64,000 nucleotides of DNA from Bacteroidales bacterium (GTDB lineage Bacteria; Bacteroidota; Bacteroidia; Bacteroidales; FEN-979): the NCBI GenBank assembly GCA_017882335.1, contig JADGPR010000006.1, positions 5,419 through 69,418 of the forward strand. Direction: 5' to 3'. The notes beneath the pieces were generated by a model that saw only the letters and a program-made list of their open reading frames with translations, searched no databases and had not been told where the DNA came from. This document shows, one piece after another, positions 25,841 to 35,616 of the stretch. Position 1 is the first letter of the stretch, and the number at the start of each line of letters is the position of its first letter. Position numbers and translations under genes: made by a program.

Positions 25841-26842
25841 GTGAAAATTACCCGATTTACCCTGCTGCTTCTTACAATTATTGTTTTTTCTGGATGCAAC
25901 TGGCACAAAAACCGCTTGCAGATTGATGTTTCCAGTGTCACGATAGCCGATGTTAAGATCAATCGCTACGATCAGGACCTGTTCAAGGTCCCCGTTACAG
26001 ATCTTAAAGCCGGCCTTGAACGGATTCAGCATGCGTATTATTTTTTTCTGGGAACAGACCTGAATGATACGAAAAAACTTGACGATATGAAAGCCTACCT
26101 GGAGAATCCCAGGAATATTGATTTTCAGAAAGCAAGTGAAATCCGGTTCAGCGATCTTTCCAAGGTCGAAAAAGACCTTACCGAAGCCTTCCGTCACTGG
26201 AAGTTCTATTTTCCTGAAGTAAAGATTCCAAGGGTTTACTCGTATATCTCCGGTGGGGATTATACCAGTCCCGTTCAACTGGCGGACAGTGTTCTGATCA
26301 TCGCACTGGATACCTATCTCGGTAAGGATTTCAAACCCTATTTCACCGATGGGCTTGCACTCTATAAGGCCGAACGGATGACGGAAGATCATATCGTTCC
26401 CGATTGTGCCAGGGAGATTGTAAATGACATATACCCTGGACCGACCGCACCCATGACCTTGTTGGGAGGAATGGTGGAAGCCGGGAAACGGCAATACCTG
26501 GTTGATGCCCTGATCCCGGATGTCCCCGGTTACCTGAAGATGGATTATACCAAGGAGCAATACAGTTGGGTTGAGAAGAATGAAACACATGTTTGGGCAG
26601 CCCTGGTTGAGAACCGCCTGCTTTATTCTTCCGACGGCCAGTATTTCCGGATGTTTCTTGCCGACGGGCCTTATACCATGGAATTCTCCAAAGATTCCCC
26701 TCCGCGACTGGGCGAATGGATCGGTTTGCAGATTATCCGTTCCTATATGCAAAAAAATCCGGATATTACCCTGAAGATGATGATGCAGGAAACCGATGCA
26801 CAAAAAATCCTCACCTTATCAGGATACAAGCCTGAAAAATAG
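25841..26842 (+). CDS. gldB: gliding-motility lipoprotein GldB-like
   Basis: GTG start with a lipobox (LTIIVFSGCN). 333 aa with GldB/DUF2268-like blocks (YISGGDYTSPV...IIALDTYLGKDFKPY). Confidence 0.65.
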   Translation: MKITRFTLLLLTIIVFSGCNWHKNRLQIDVSSVTIADVKINRYDQDLFKVPVTDLKAGLERIQHAYYFFLGTDLNDTKKLDDMKAYLENPRNIDFQKASEIRFSDLSKVEKDLTEAFRHWKFYFPEVKIPRVYSYISGGDYTSPVQLADSVLIIALDTYLGKDFKPYFTDGLALYKAERMTEDHIVPDCAREIVNDIYPGPTAPMTLLGGMVEAGKRQYLVDALIPDVPGYLKMDYTKEQYSWVEKNETHVWAALVENRLLYSSDGQYFRMFLADGPYTMEFSKDSPPRLGEWIGLQIIRSYMQKNPDITLKMMMQETDAQKILTLSGYKPEK

Positions 26843-26929
26843 AATTGTTAAAAAAAAGTTTTCCAAAACGTATTACCTTTTCGTTTTTTCCGGATTAAGG
26901 GAATAGATTACTCAACCTTATCCGGTTTT

Positions 26930-28468
26930 ATGTTAGTCAGGACATTTGGAAGCGCCTTATACGGTATTCACGCCATAACGATCACGATTGAAGTCTGCAT
27001 CGACCAGGGGATCAATTTTTTCATGGTCGGGCTGCCCGATAATGCAGTGAAAGAGAGCCATCAGCGGATCGATTCCGCCCTCCGGAATACGGGATACAAG
27101 ATTCCCGGGAAGAAAATCGTCATTAACATGGCACCGGCTGATATCCGCAAGGAAGGCTCATCGTATGATCTCCCCATTGCCGTGGCGATCCTTGCCGCCG
27201 ATAAGATCGTGAAGATAGAAAAACTGGAATCATTCATGATCCTCGGGGAACTGTCATTGGATGGCAGCCTTCAGCCGATGAAAGGAGCGCTTCCCATCGC
27301 GATCGAGGCAACCCGAAAAGGATTTAAGGGGATCATTCTTCCACTACAAAATGCCAAAGAGGCTGCCATCGTTGGGAAACTGGAAGTCTATGGCGTAGAA
27401 AATATCCAACAGGTCATAGATTTCCTCAATGATACCGGGAAACTTGAACGGGTGATCGTCGATACCAGTAAAGAATTTTTTTCGAAACTAAATGATTATG
27501 AATATGATTTTGCAGATGTCAGGGGGCAGGAGAATATCAAAAGAGCGTTGGAAATTGCAGCAGCAGGGGGACACAACGTTATTTTGATTGGGCCGCCGGG
27601 GGCTGGGAAGACGATGTTGGCAAAAAGGCTGCCTTCGATCCTGCCACCCCTGAATTTGCAAGAAGCGCTTGAAACCACTAAGATCCATTCGGTAGCAGGC
27701 AAAATGTTACACAACCATTCGATAGTATCCGTAAGGCCATTCCGGTCGCCACACCATACCATCAGCGATGTGGCCCTGGTAGGAGGAGGAGGGGTACCTC
27801 AGCCGGGGGAGATCTCTATGGCCCATAACGGGGTATTGTTCCTGGATGAACTTCCCGAATTTAAACGAACGGTGCTGGAAGTTCTACGTCAGCCATTGGA
27901 AGACCGGGTGGTGACGATCTCCAGGGCAAAATTTACAGTTGATTTTCCGGCGAGTTTTATGCTCATAGCTGCCATGAACCCTTGTCCTTGCGGTTATTAT
28001 AACCATCCGAAGATAGAATGTAAGTGCGGGGCAGGAAATGTTCAGAAGTACCTGAGCAAGATTTCAGGCCCCCTCTTCGACCGGATCGATATTCATGTGG
28101 AGGTTGTACCGGTACCGTTTCGTGAACTGAGTGATGCACGTCCTTCTGAGAAAAGCGAGATCGTACGCTCAAGGGTTATCGAGGCACGGCAGATCCAGGA
28201 AAAACGGTTTGAAGGAATGCCCGGTATCTATTGCAATGCCCAAATGTCGGTAAAAATTTTACGGAAGGTTTGCCATCTCGATGATGCCTCAAATCTCCTT
28301 CTGAAGAATGCAATGGAAAAACTCGGTCTTTCTGCCCGTGCCTTTGACCGCATCCTGAAAGTTTCGAGAACGATCGCAGATATCGATAAGCAACCCGACA
28401 TCCGGGCGGAGCATCTCGCTGAAGCAATACAGTATCGAAGTTTGGATCGCGACAATTGGGGCAAGTGA
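26930..28468 (+). CDS. YifB/ComM family Mg-chelatase-like AAA+ ATPase
   Basis: An N-terminal Lon-protease-like domain, Walker A GPPGAGKTMLA, and GVLFLDELPEF. 512 aa. Confidence 0.9.
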   Translation: MLVRTFGSALYGIHAITITIEVCIDQGINFFMVGLPDNAVKESHQRIDSALRNTGYKIPGKKIVINMAPADIRKEGSSYDLPIAVAILAADKIVKIEKLESFMILGELSLDGSLQPMKGALPIAIEATRKGFKGIILPLQNAKEAAIVGKLEVYGVENIQQVIDFLNDTGKLERVIVDTSKEFFSKLNDYEYDFADVRGQENIKRALEIAAAGGHNVILIGPPGAGKTMLAKRLPSILPPLNLQEALETTKIHSVAGKMLHNHSIVSVRPFRSPHHTISDVALVGGGGVPQPGEISMAHNGVLFLDELPEFKRTVLEVLRQPLEDRVVTISRAKFTVDFPASFMLIAAMNPCPCGYYNHPKIECKCGAGNVQKYLSKISGPLFDRIDIHVEVVPVPFRELSDARPSEKSEIVRSRVIEARQIQEKRFEGMPGIYCNAQMSVKILRKVCHLDDASNLLLKNAMEKLGLSARAFDRILKVSRTIADIDKQPDIRAEHLAEAIQYRSLDRDNWGK

Positions 28469-28551
28469 CAATGTCAGATTACCAAGTTCATCAAATTTAT
28501 AAAGTTCTTAAAGTTAAGAGGGATTTGCCATTTCACCACAGCATCACGGAA

Positions 28552-29427
28552 TTACCGGATAAAAATATCCATGATCACAAACGCAGCAAAGGCCACGCTC
28601 CCAATACCGTTGAGTGTTGCAAAGGCAATGTTGACCCTGGAAAGATCGTTGGGCTTGACGATCAGGTGTTCGTAGATAAGGATGATGCTGAAAATGGTTG
28701 TGCCGATCCAGTAAAAGATGTGGAAATTCCCGAACCATCCTCCGAAAACAGTCAATACGATGGCAAAAAAATGGAATAAAGCTGATACTGTCAATGCATT
28801 CCGGTTACCGAAGGATTCGGGGATGGATCGTAATTTCTCATTTTTATCAAATTCAACATCCTGTAAGGCATAAATGATATCAAACCCGGCCACCCAGAAA
28901 ATTACGATCACGGAAAAAATAATAGGCAGCGTGGCAAAATGGCCGGTCACGGCAAGATAAGCTCCTATGGGCGCCAGGGAAAGCCCGAGTCCGAGGATTA
29001 TATGCGATAGAAAAGTGAACCGCTTGGTGAAACTGTACCCCAGCACAACCAGCAATGCAACGGGGGCCAGGAAAAAACAGAGTTGATTAATCATATAAGC
29101 AGCGGCAAGAAATAAGCCTGCATTCAGCAGGACAAAGAGCAATGCCGAACCCGGCCGGATGATCTCTTTCGGGATTTCTCGCAGCGAAGTGCGGGGGTTT
29201 TTCCGGTCAATTTCCCGGTCCACGAAACGGTTAAATCCCATCGCAGCATTCCTTGCGAAAAATACACACACCAGCACAAGGATCAGCAAACGCAGGTAAT
29301 TTGGATCACCCGTCTCATGAATAGCCAGGCTGAACCCGATAAGGGCAAAAGGAAGAGAAAAAACAGTGTGGCTTATCTTGACAAGCGAAAAATAATCCGA
29401 GACTTTTGAATCCTTATGAAAGATCAT
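28552..29427 (-). CDS. UbiA-family aromatic prenyltransferase
   Basis: NRFVDREIDRKNPRT (NxxxDxxxD), a second Asp-rich motif (YALQDVEFD), and about 8 transmembrane spans. Confidence 0.8.
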   Translation of the reverse strand: MIFHKDSKVSDYFSLVKISHTVFSLPFALIGFSLAIHETGDPNYLRLLILVLVCVFFARNAAMGFNRFVDREIDRKNPRTSLREIPKEIIRPGSALLFVLLNAGLFLAAAYMINQLCFFLAPVALLVVLGYSFTKRFTFLSHIILGLGLSLAPIGAYLAVTGHFATLPIIFSVIVIFWVAGFDIIYALQDVEFDKNEKLRSIPESFGNRNALTVSALFHFFAIVLTVFGGWFGNFHIFYWIGTTIFSIILIYEHLIVKPNDLSRVNIAFATLNGIGSVAFAAFVIMDIFIR

Positions 29428-29502
29428 TCACTGATGTTGAATGACAAAAGTACACATTTTAGTATATTTTCCTTTTCCTGAATTTTATAATCGTAAATGA
29501 CC

Positions 29503-29510
29503 TAATTTTG
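29503..29510 (+). promoter_or_regulatory. -7 promoter box upstream of the methyltransferase gene
   Basis: TAATTTTG, 16 nt upstream of the ATG at 29526. Confidence 0.4.
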
Positions 29511-29525
29511 TGCGATTTTTTAAGA

Positions 29526-30320
29526 ATGTCAAAACAAACGGAAACTGCATTACGGTTTATACATCACCGAATCAGGGCAAAATCGAAGTTTGACCTTCAT
29601 TCGCCTTTTGTCTACGAGATCTATTCTGAGATCCTGAAAGACAAAACCGGTCACGAGGAATTCCGGTCAATCGAAAAACTGAGATCACGGCTTTTAAAGG
29701 ATCAGGGATACATTAAAATGTCTGACCTGGGTGCTGGCGCCGGTAACATTCCCTGGTGCCATCGTATTGTTCCCGTGAAAAAGGTCATTAAAAAATCCTG
29801 CGTCAAACCCGCTTATGGCCAGTTCCTCTTCCGCATGGCAAGGCATTTTCGGCCGGCAGTCATGATTGAACTGGGAACATCCCTGGGAATGAGCACATCC
29901 TACCTGGCGTTGGGAAACCCGCAAGGGAAGATCACAACCATTGAAGGATGCCAGGAAACTGCAGCCGTTGCTAGAAAGAATTTCGAACATCTGGGCCTGT
30001 CAAACATCCACCAGGTTACAGGGTCTTTTGAAGACGTTCTGCCCGGCTTGCTTCGGAAACTTGGAACAGTTGACCTGGTTTTTATCGATGGAAATCACCT
30101 GAAAAAGCCTACCTTACAATATTTTCATCAATGTTTACAACACATTCACGATGATTCCGTTCTTATTTTTGACGATATTCATTGGTCGGGAGCGATGGAA
30201 GAAGCCTGGAAAGAGATCCAGGATCATCCTTCTGTTAGCATCACCATTGACCTGTTCAGGATGGGATTGGTGTTCTTCAGGAAAGGTCTGAGCAAGGAAG
30301 ATTTTATCCTTCATTTCTGA
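29526..30320 (+). CDS. class I SAM-dependent (O-)methyltransferase
   Basis: Motif I is MIELGTSLGMSTSYLA. DLVFIDGNH is typical of O-MTase family 3. I prefer the ATG at 29526 because the TAATTTTG box at 29503-29510 overlaps the track start. Confidence 0.65.
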   Translation: MSKQTETALRFIHHRIRAKSKFDLHSPFVYEIYSEILKDKTGHEEFRSIEKLRSRLLKDQGYIKMSDLGAGAGNIPWCHRIVPVKKVIKKSCVKPAYGQFLFRMARHFRPAVMIELGTSLGMSTSYLALGNPQGKITTIEGCQETAAVARKNFEHLGLSNIHQVTGSFEDVLPGLLRKLGTVDLVFIDGNHLKKPTLQYFHQCLQHIHDDSVLIFDDIHWSGAMEEAWKEIQDHPSVSITIDLFRMGLVFFRKGLSKEDFILHF

Positions 30321-30329
30321 ATTAAATTG

Positions 30330-30337
30330 TATTTTTG
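30330..30337 (+). promoter_or_regulatory. -7 promoter box upstream of the ABC ATPase gene
   Basis: TATTTTTG, 38 nt upstream of the ATG at 30375. Confidence 0.4.
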
Positions 30338-30374
30338 TTGATATACAGAGATTCCAGGCATAATAAAAATTTAT

Positions 30375-31109
30375 ATGGAAAAAGAAATCATCCGGATTGT
30401 CGATATTGTTAAGAATTTTAAAGTAGGAACTGTGCTCGTCGAAGCATTACGTTCTGTTTCGATCGTAATCAAAAAGAATGAATTTGTTGCCATTATGGGT
30501 CCGTCAGGATCAGGAAAATCAACCCTGATGAATATCCTGGGCTGCCTGGATACACCTACCAGCGGCTCCTATTTCCTCAGTGGTGAAGATGTGAGCAAGA
30601 TGGATGATAACAACCTGGCCGAGATCCGGAACCGGCAGATCGGATTTGTATTCCAGACCTTCAACCTGCTTCCCCGTTCATCGGCATTGGAAAATGTCAT
30701 GTTACCCCTGATTTATGCCGGAATGACAAAGGGAAAACGGATCGAAAGGGCGACAGAAGTCCTGGATGAAGTAAAACTTTCTGATCGCATTGCGCATAAA
30801 CCCAATGAATTATCAGGAGGGCAGCGCCAGAGAGTTGCCCTTGCACGGGCCCTCGTGAACAATCCCGCTATTATCCTGGCGGATGAGCCTACCGGGAACC
30901 TTGATTCCAAAACTTCCATTGAAATTCTTGGATTGCTTGAAGAAATTCATAAGATGGGCAATACTGTGATCGTCGTCACGCACGAAGAAGATATCGCATT
31001 GCATGCTCATCGCATTATCCGATTGATGGACGGGAAAATCTCTTCGGATGAACCCAATCGAAATATCAAAACGATAGCAGATTACAATTTGGTTCCGCAG
31101 GAAAATTAA
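30375..31109 (+). CDS. ABC transporter ATP-binding protein (MacB/LolD-type)
   Basis: Motifs [35 protein letters not shown]. Confidence 0.85.
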   Translation: MEKEIIRIVDIVKNFKVGTVLVEALRSVSIVIKKNEFVAIMGPSGSGKSTLMNILGCLDTPTSGSYFLSGEDVSKMDDNNLAEIRNRQIGFVFQTFNLLPRSSALENVMLPLIYAGMTKGKRIERATEVLDEVKLSDRIAHKPNELSGGQRQRVALARALVNNPAIILADEPTGNLDSKTSIEILGLLEEIHKMGNTVIVVTHEEDIALHAHRIIRLMDGKISSDEPNRNIKTIADYNLVPQEN

Positions 31110-31123
31110 TTCCCTTGGTTTTC

Positions 31124-32131
31124 ATGGACAAACAGAGCAATTACAAAAAGCTTTTTGAGGAGTTCAACAAACTTACCATCATGATCATAGGGGATGTGAT
31201 GGTGGATTCCTATTTATGGGGCAAAGTTGAACGGATCTCACCGGAAGCGCCAATTCCTATTGTTGCATTACGAAAAAGGGAAAACCGCATGGGAGGTGCT
31301 GCCAATGTGGCCATGAACATTAAAAGCATGGGTGCAAAACCGATCCTTTGTTCGGTGATCGGGGAGGATGATAAAGGAGTAAATTTTCTCGATCTTTTGA
31401 AAAAGGAAAAGATTGCAACTTACGGCATCATAAAAAGTCCTCAAAGAATTACCACCACGAAATTCCGGATCTTCGGAAACAGCACACAGATGCTGAGGGT
31501 GGATGAGGAAGAGGAAGACGACCTTTCGGAAAACGATCGTGCGAACCTTCTTGCCAATATTGACAGGATCCTGTCAAAGGAAAAAATTGACGGGATCATC
31601 TTCCAGGATTACAACAAAGGAGTGATCAATCCCATCCTGATTAAGGAAGTCATTGACCGTACTACAACTTTGAAAATTCCGGTAGCCGTTGATCCGAAGA
31701 AAAAAAATTTTTACGATTTCGTCGGTGTGACACTGTTCAAGCCCAATCTGAAAGAGCTGAAAGAAGGTATGAAGATCGAATTTGACCACAGCGATCGTGA
31801 TATGATGATATCGGCTGCGCAAACATTGAGGGAAAAACTTAATTGCCAGTACATTCTTACAACCTTATCAGAACTGGGTATCATGATCAGTATGAAAGAT
31901 AATTTAGAGGAAAAAAATATCTTCATCCCGGCACATGTACGCTCCATCTCTGATGTTTCGGGCGCCGGTGATACGGTGATCGGAGTTGCAGCCCTTTGCC
32001 TTGCCCAAAAATGTTCACCTTATGAGATTGCTTATATTTCCAATCTTGCCGGCGGATTGGTATGTGAGGAGGTAGGGGTGGTCCCGGTTAATAAAGATAA
32101 ACTCCTGAAAGAGGTTCTTGCCCTTCTCTGA
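31124..32131 (+). CDS. PfkB-family sugar kinase, RfaE domain-I-like (heptose-7-phosphate kinase-like)
   Basis: N-terminus IMIIGDVMVDSYLWGKVERISPEAP and DVSGAGDTV. There is no adenylyltransferase domain. Confidence 0.65.
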   Translation: MDKQSNYKKLFEEFNKLTIMIIGDVMVDSYLWGKVERISPEAPIPIVALRKRENRMGGAANVAMNIKSMGAKPILCSVIGEDDKGVNFLDLLKKEKIATYGIIKSPQRITTTKFRIFGNSTQMLRVDEEEEDDLSENDRANLLANIDRILSKEKIDGIIFQDYNKGVINPILIKEVIDRTTTLKIPVAVDPKKKNFYDFVGVTLFKPNLKELKEGMKIEFDHSDRDMMISAAQTLREKLNCQYILTTLSELGIMISMKDNLEEKNIFIPAHVRSISDVSGAGDTVIGVAALCLAQKCSPYEIAYISNLAGGLVCEEVGVVPVNKDKLLKEVLALL

Positions 32132-33417
32132 TGTTTTTTGATACCGATGTAATCATTGTTGGTGCGGGTCCGGCTGGTTCCCTTGCAGCTTATATCCTGG
32201 CATTACAAGGCATACAGGTAACCATTCTTGAGAAAACCCTGTTTCCAAGGTACAAGGTTTGTGGAGGGGGATTGACTCACAAAATCCTGAAAGAGATTCC
32301 TTTCGACCTTTCCCCTGTCATCGAATCGAGCATTCATTCCTTCCGTTTTTCCCATAACTTCGGGAATGTTTTTACCCGGCATTCGGCCAACCCACTGATG
32401 TATTGCACCATGCGTTCCGACCTGGATGCATTCCTTTTGCAACAAGCAACTGAGGCAGGTGCTGAAGTAAAGATGGGAGAACAGGTTATATCCTTCATGC
32501 AGGATGGATCCGGTATTACCGTTTCAACAAAAGAAAAATCTTTTCGTACCCGTTTGCTGATCGGTGCAGAAGGCGCTTCCGGGATCGTTTCCCGAATTGC
32601 AGGACTCCGTGATGCTATTGAAATGGGATTGGCATGGGAGGCGGAAGTAACAGCCGACCCGGAAGACCTGAAAATATTCTCTGAAACGGTTTTCCTGGAT
32701 TGGGGAACACTTCCCGGTGGATATGCGTGGGTATTCCCGAAGAAAGATCATTTTTCCATCGGTGTGGGCGGCCCTGCCGGCTTGTCGAAAGGAATGATGC
32801 CTTATTATGAACGTTTTATATCATCAATTACCGACATCACTACTCCATCCTCCATCCTCGATTCTCAATCCTCCGACTTCCGACCTCCGATCTCCGACCT
32901 CCGACCTCCGACCTCCGGAATCAGGTTCGGAGAAACACGCTCATTGCAATCCTGGCCCATCCCGGTCCGTTCAAGGAAGTCCAGGTTCCATAACGGCCGT
33001 GTTCTGGTAACGGGAGATTCGGCAGGACTGGGTGATCCCCTGACGGGTGAAGGCATCTATTATGCAATCAGAAGCGGGAAACTTGCTGCCGAAACCTGTT
33101 CTGAATATTTATCAGGGAAGATCATATCGGTGGATGTTTATTCTGAGAAGATCAATGACGAGCTGATGACGGAACTGCTGGAGGCAAATAAGATCAAACA
33201 TCTGCTTAATGCTTTTCCATTGAAAATTCATTCCTTTATCGGTGACAGTGACCATGCTTGGGGGGCTTTCTGCAAGATTCTTCGCGGTGAGCGATGGTAC
33301 GAAGATGTCCGTAAGGGTTTTGGGAAATGGAAGCACTTCTGGAACCTGGTCTGTTTTATCTCCGGAATCGTGAAAAAACGCAAAGAGAAGCGGTTTCTGA
33401 AAAAAAACACCGTTTAA
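32131..33417 (+). CDS. geranylgeranyl-reductase-family FAD-dependent oxidoreductase with low-complexity insertion
   Basis: Motifs VIIVGAGPAGS, GGYAWVFPK, GDSAGLGDPLTGEGIYYA. An inserted SDFRPPISDLRPPTSG tract is encoded by a heptanucleotide array. Confidence 0.8.
   Translation: MFFDTDVIIVGAGPAGSLAAYILALQGIQVTILEKTLFPRYKVCGGGLTHKILKEIPFDLSPVIESSIHSFRFSHNFGNVFTRHSANPLMYCTMRSDLDAFLLQQATEAGAEVKMGEQVISFMQDGSGITVSTKEKSFRTRLLIGAEGASGIVSRIAGLRDAIEMGLAWEAEVTADPEDLKIFSETVFLDWGTLPGGYAWVFPKKDHFSIGVGGPAGLSKGMMPYYERFISSITDITTPSSILDSQSSDFRPPISDLRPPTSGIRFGETRSLQSWPIPVRSRKSRFHNGRVLVTGDSAGLGDPLTGEGIYYAIRSGKLAAETCSEYLSGKIISVDVYSEKINDELMTELLEANKIKHLLNAFPLKIHSFIGDSDHAWGAFCKILRGERWYEDVRKGFGKWKHFWNLVCFISGIVKKRKEKRFLKKNTV
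32846..32922. repeat. eleven in-phase degenerate heptamers (CCATCCT x2 ... CCGACCT x3 ... ) inside the FAD-oxidoreductase CDS
   Basis: The units are ccatcct ccatcct cgattct caatcct ccgactt ccgacct ccgatct ccgacct ccgacct ccgacct ccggaat. They translate with 7-aa periodicity (SDFRPPI SDLRPPT SG..). Confidence 0.85.
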
Positions 33418-33438
33418 ACCAGTAAAAAATTTTTCAGA

Positions 33439-33891
33439 TCAGGCCCCGAGGATTTTCTTCACTATTTCAGAAACCCTTTTATTATCTGCCTTTCCGGCAA
33501 GTTCTTTGGATGCAGCGCCCATCACCTTTCCCATATCTTTAAGGGAAGTTGCCTGGGTCTGTGCAATGATCTGTCTGATCTTTTCCGTCAGTTCCTCTTC
33601 CCCCATTTGTTGTGGCAGGTACCTCTCGATGATGGAAGCTTCAAAACGTTCTTTTTTGGCAAGGTCCTCCCGGTTGGCCGCTGCATAAATATCGGCCGAT
33701 TCCCGGCGTTGTTTTACCAGTTTCTGCAAAAGTGTAAGCTCAACCGATTCAGGGATCTCTCCGGTCGTTCCTTCTTTGGTCTTTTCCAGCAGTAATGCGG
33801 CTTTGATGGCACGGAGAGCCTCCAGCTTCTCCGGATCCCTGGCAAGCATGGTGTTCTTAATATCGTTGTTGATCAGCTTTTCCAATTCCAT
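33439..33891 (-). CDS. GatB/YqeY domain protein
   Basis: 150 aa with ..IKNTMLARD..L.ALR.IKAA.. and ..RRESADIY..A.RE.LA..E. Confidence 0.8.
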   Translation of the reverse strand: MELEKLINNDIKNTMLARDPEKLEALRAIKAALLLEKTKEGTTGEIPESVELTLLQKLVKQRRESADIYAAANREDLAKKERFEASIIERYLPQQMGEEELTEKIRQIIAQTQATSLKDMGKVMGAASKELAGKADNKRVSEIVKKILGA

Positions 33892-33893
33892 GA

Positions 33894-35519
33894 TCAGTCG
33901 ACATTATTGTGCAGGTAGGAATTCTCCTTTTTGATCTCGATATTTGCATCTTTCTCGGAAATCGTATAGAGCTGTACCTGTGATTCGGAAGATGGCTGTA
34001 CATCGGAAAGCTCAACGTTCCTGCGTTTATATGCCGGTACGCTCTCGATCTCGGCCAGGTGAGTTTCCAGCGGAGGATGCGTCTTGAGCTTTTCGCTCAA
34101 TGCCCTGAGTTTTTGTACCCGGTCGTTCATCATCTTTTCCATCTCGGGTTGTTCTTTTTGAACTTCAGGTTCTGTCTTTTGAACCGGTTTGACAGAAGGC
34201 CTGAAAAAAACCTCCGACACAGGGATCTCAATCTGCTTGTTTTCGTACTTTATTTCTTCGGCAGGCTCTTCATGAATTATTTTCCGTGGTTCGGTGTCCT
34301 GGGGTTCCATGTTGAAGACAATGGTACGATGAGGGAAAGATTCTTCCGGAATGATCTCTCTTTCGATAACCTGGGGTTCGGGTTCCGGTTCGGGTTCCGG
34401 TATAATGGCCAGGATCTCTTCAGCAGGTTCCTGCTCCAAAGAGATGGCCGGTTCCTCCTTGGGCATTACCGAGATATCAAGGGGTTTGATTTTTATTTCC
34501 TGCCCGTAAAGGGGGGTCACGATCACCGGCTTTTCTCTTTCTGCAGGTTTTTTCTTGTGCTCCTCATCAAATCCGGTTGCGATGATGGTTACGCTGATAT
34601 TGTCTTCCAGCGATTCATCGATCCCGTTTCCCCAGATCACTTCTGCTGAATTTTTTGTCTTTTCCTGGATGTAATCGGTAATTTCGGAAACTTCGTCCAT
34701 CGTGATCTCATCTTTACCGGAAGCAATGTAAAGTAAGAGATTATTGGCTCCTTCGATATTGTTGTCGTTGAGTAACGGCGAATTGAGGGCCATTTCAATT
34801 GCTTTAATGGCGCGGTTTTCACCATTTGCAAGCCCTGAACCCATGATCGCCACCCCGCTGTCCTTCATCACCGTTTTCACATCTTCGAAATCCACATTGA
34901 TGTATCCTGTAACCGTGATGATCTCAGCGATTCCTTTTGCAGCGGTAGTCAGCACATCATCGGCATGACTGAAAGCAGCGGAGAGCCGCTGATCGCCAAA
35001 AAGATCCCTCAGCTTATCATTGCATATGATGAGTAAGGCATCCACATATTTCTTCAACTCGGCGATGCCCTGTTCGGCATGCTGTTTACGCTTCCTGCCT
35101 TCAAAGGAAAAAGGCATGGTAATGATTCCCACGGTTAGGATACCAAGTTCTTTCGAAACGCTGGCAATAACTGGTGCAGCACCGGTTCCGGTTCCACCAC
35201 CCATCCCGGCAGTGATGAACAGCATCTTGGTGTTTTTTTCCAATATGTTCCGCAGGTCCTGGATGTTTTCCAGTGCCGCGTTTTTTCCGATTGAAGGAAC
35301 GGCTCCTGCACCAAGGCCCCCCGTAAGATTTGCCCCCAACGCTATCTTTGTCGGTACCGGACTGGATTCCATCGCCTGCGAGTCGGTGTTGCAAATAATG
35401 AAATCAACACCTTTGATGCCTTGCCGGAACATATGGGTTACGGCATTGCTACCACCTCCGCCGACACCGATCACCTTAATGATGGATGACTGGTTTTTAG
35501 GTAAATCAAATTTTAACAT
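33894..35519 (-). CDS. ftsZ: cell division GTPase FtsZ (long Bacteroidota-type C-terminal region)
   Basis: Motifs GVGGGGSNAV, GGGTGTGAAPVIA, VPAYKRR, and the terminal NSYLHNNVD. I prefer the ATG at 35519 (MLKFDLPKN..). Confidence 0.95.
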   Translation of the reverse strand: MLKFDLPKNQSSIIKVIGVGGGGSNAVTHMFRQGIKGVDFIICNTDSQAMESSPVPTKIALGANLTGGLGAGAVPSIGKNAALENIQDLRNILEKNTKMLFITAGMGGGTGTGAAPVIASVSKELGILTVGIITMPFSFEGRKRKQHAEQGIAELKKYVDALLIICNDKLRDLFGDQRLSAAFSHADDVLTTAAKGIAEIITVTGYINVDFEDVKTVMKDSGVAIMGSGLANGENRAIKAIEMALNSPLLNDNNIEGANNLLLYIASGKDEITMDEVSEITDYIQEKTKNSAEVIWGNGIDESLEDNISVTIIATGFDEEHKKKPAEREKPVIVTPLYGQEIKIKPLDISVMPKEEPAISLEQEPAEEILAIIPEPEPEPEPQVIEREIIPEESFPHRTIVFNMEPQDTEPRKIIHEEPAEEIKYENKQIEIPVSEVFFRPSVKPVQKTEPEVQKEQPEMEKMMNDRVQKLRALSEKLKTHPPLETHLAEIESVPAYKRRNVELSDVQPSSESQVQLYTISEKDANIEIKKENSYLHNNVD

Positions 35520-35616
35520 AGATTGGGATTTTAGCTTTTTAAAATTAGACAGAAACAATGCATGAAAAATGGCAGGCGTTTTTTTTTATTAACAGAACGA
35601 TTGTTAATAGCAGAAT

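Noticed and set aside
25664-26803. 379-aa minus-strand ORF, one of the longest in this part of the track
   Set aside because: It lies antisense across nearly the whole gldB gene and has no recognisable motifs. Its composition is typical of a shadow frame, and its C-terminus (..SSIQHPASS) is just the (CTGGATG)n array read through. GldB on the plus strand has a lipobox and family blocks.
28456-28779. 107-aa plus-strand ORF overlapping the comM stop and the ubiA-like 3' end
   Set aside because: It is antisense to the UbiA-family gene, which has NxxxDxxxD and multiple transmembrane spans. It has no supporting features.
30375-31109. Orphan ABC ATPase without an adjacent permease as a possible unusual system
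   Set aside because: MacB/LolD-type ATPases encoded apart from their permeases are frequent in Bacteroidota. Nothing in the sequence context suggests a novel role.
33894-34560. Unusually long, Pro/Glu-rich FtsZ C-terminal region (EPEPEPEP tract, ~220 aa after the GTPase core)
   Set aside because: Long disordered linkers are common in Bacteroidota FtsZ. They are typically followed by a conserved VPAY.RR peptide and a terminal ..N.[SY][FY]LH.NVD block. Not considered anomalous.
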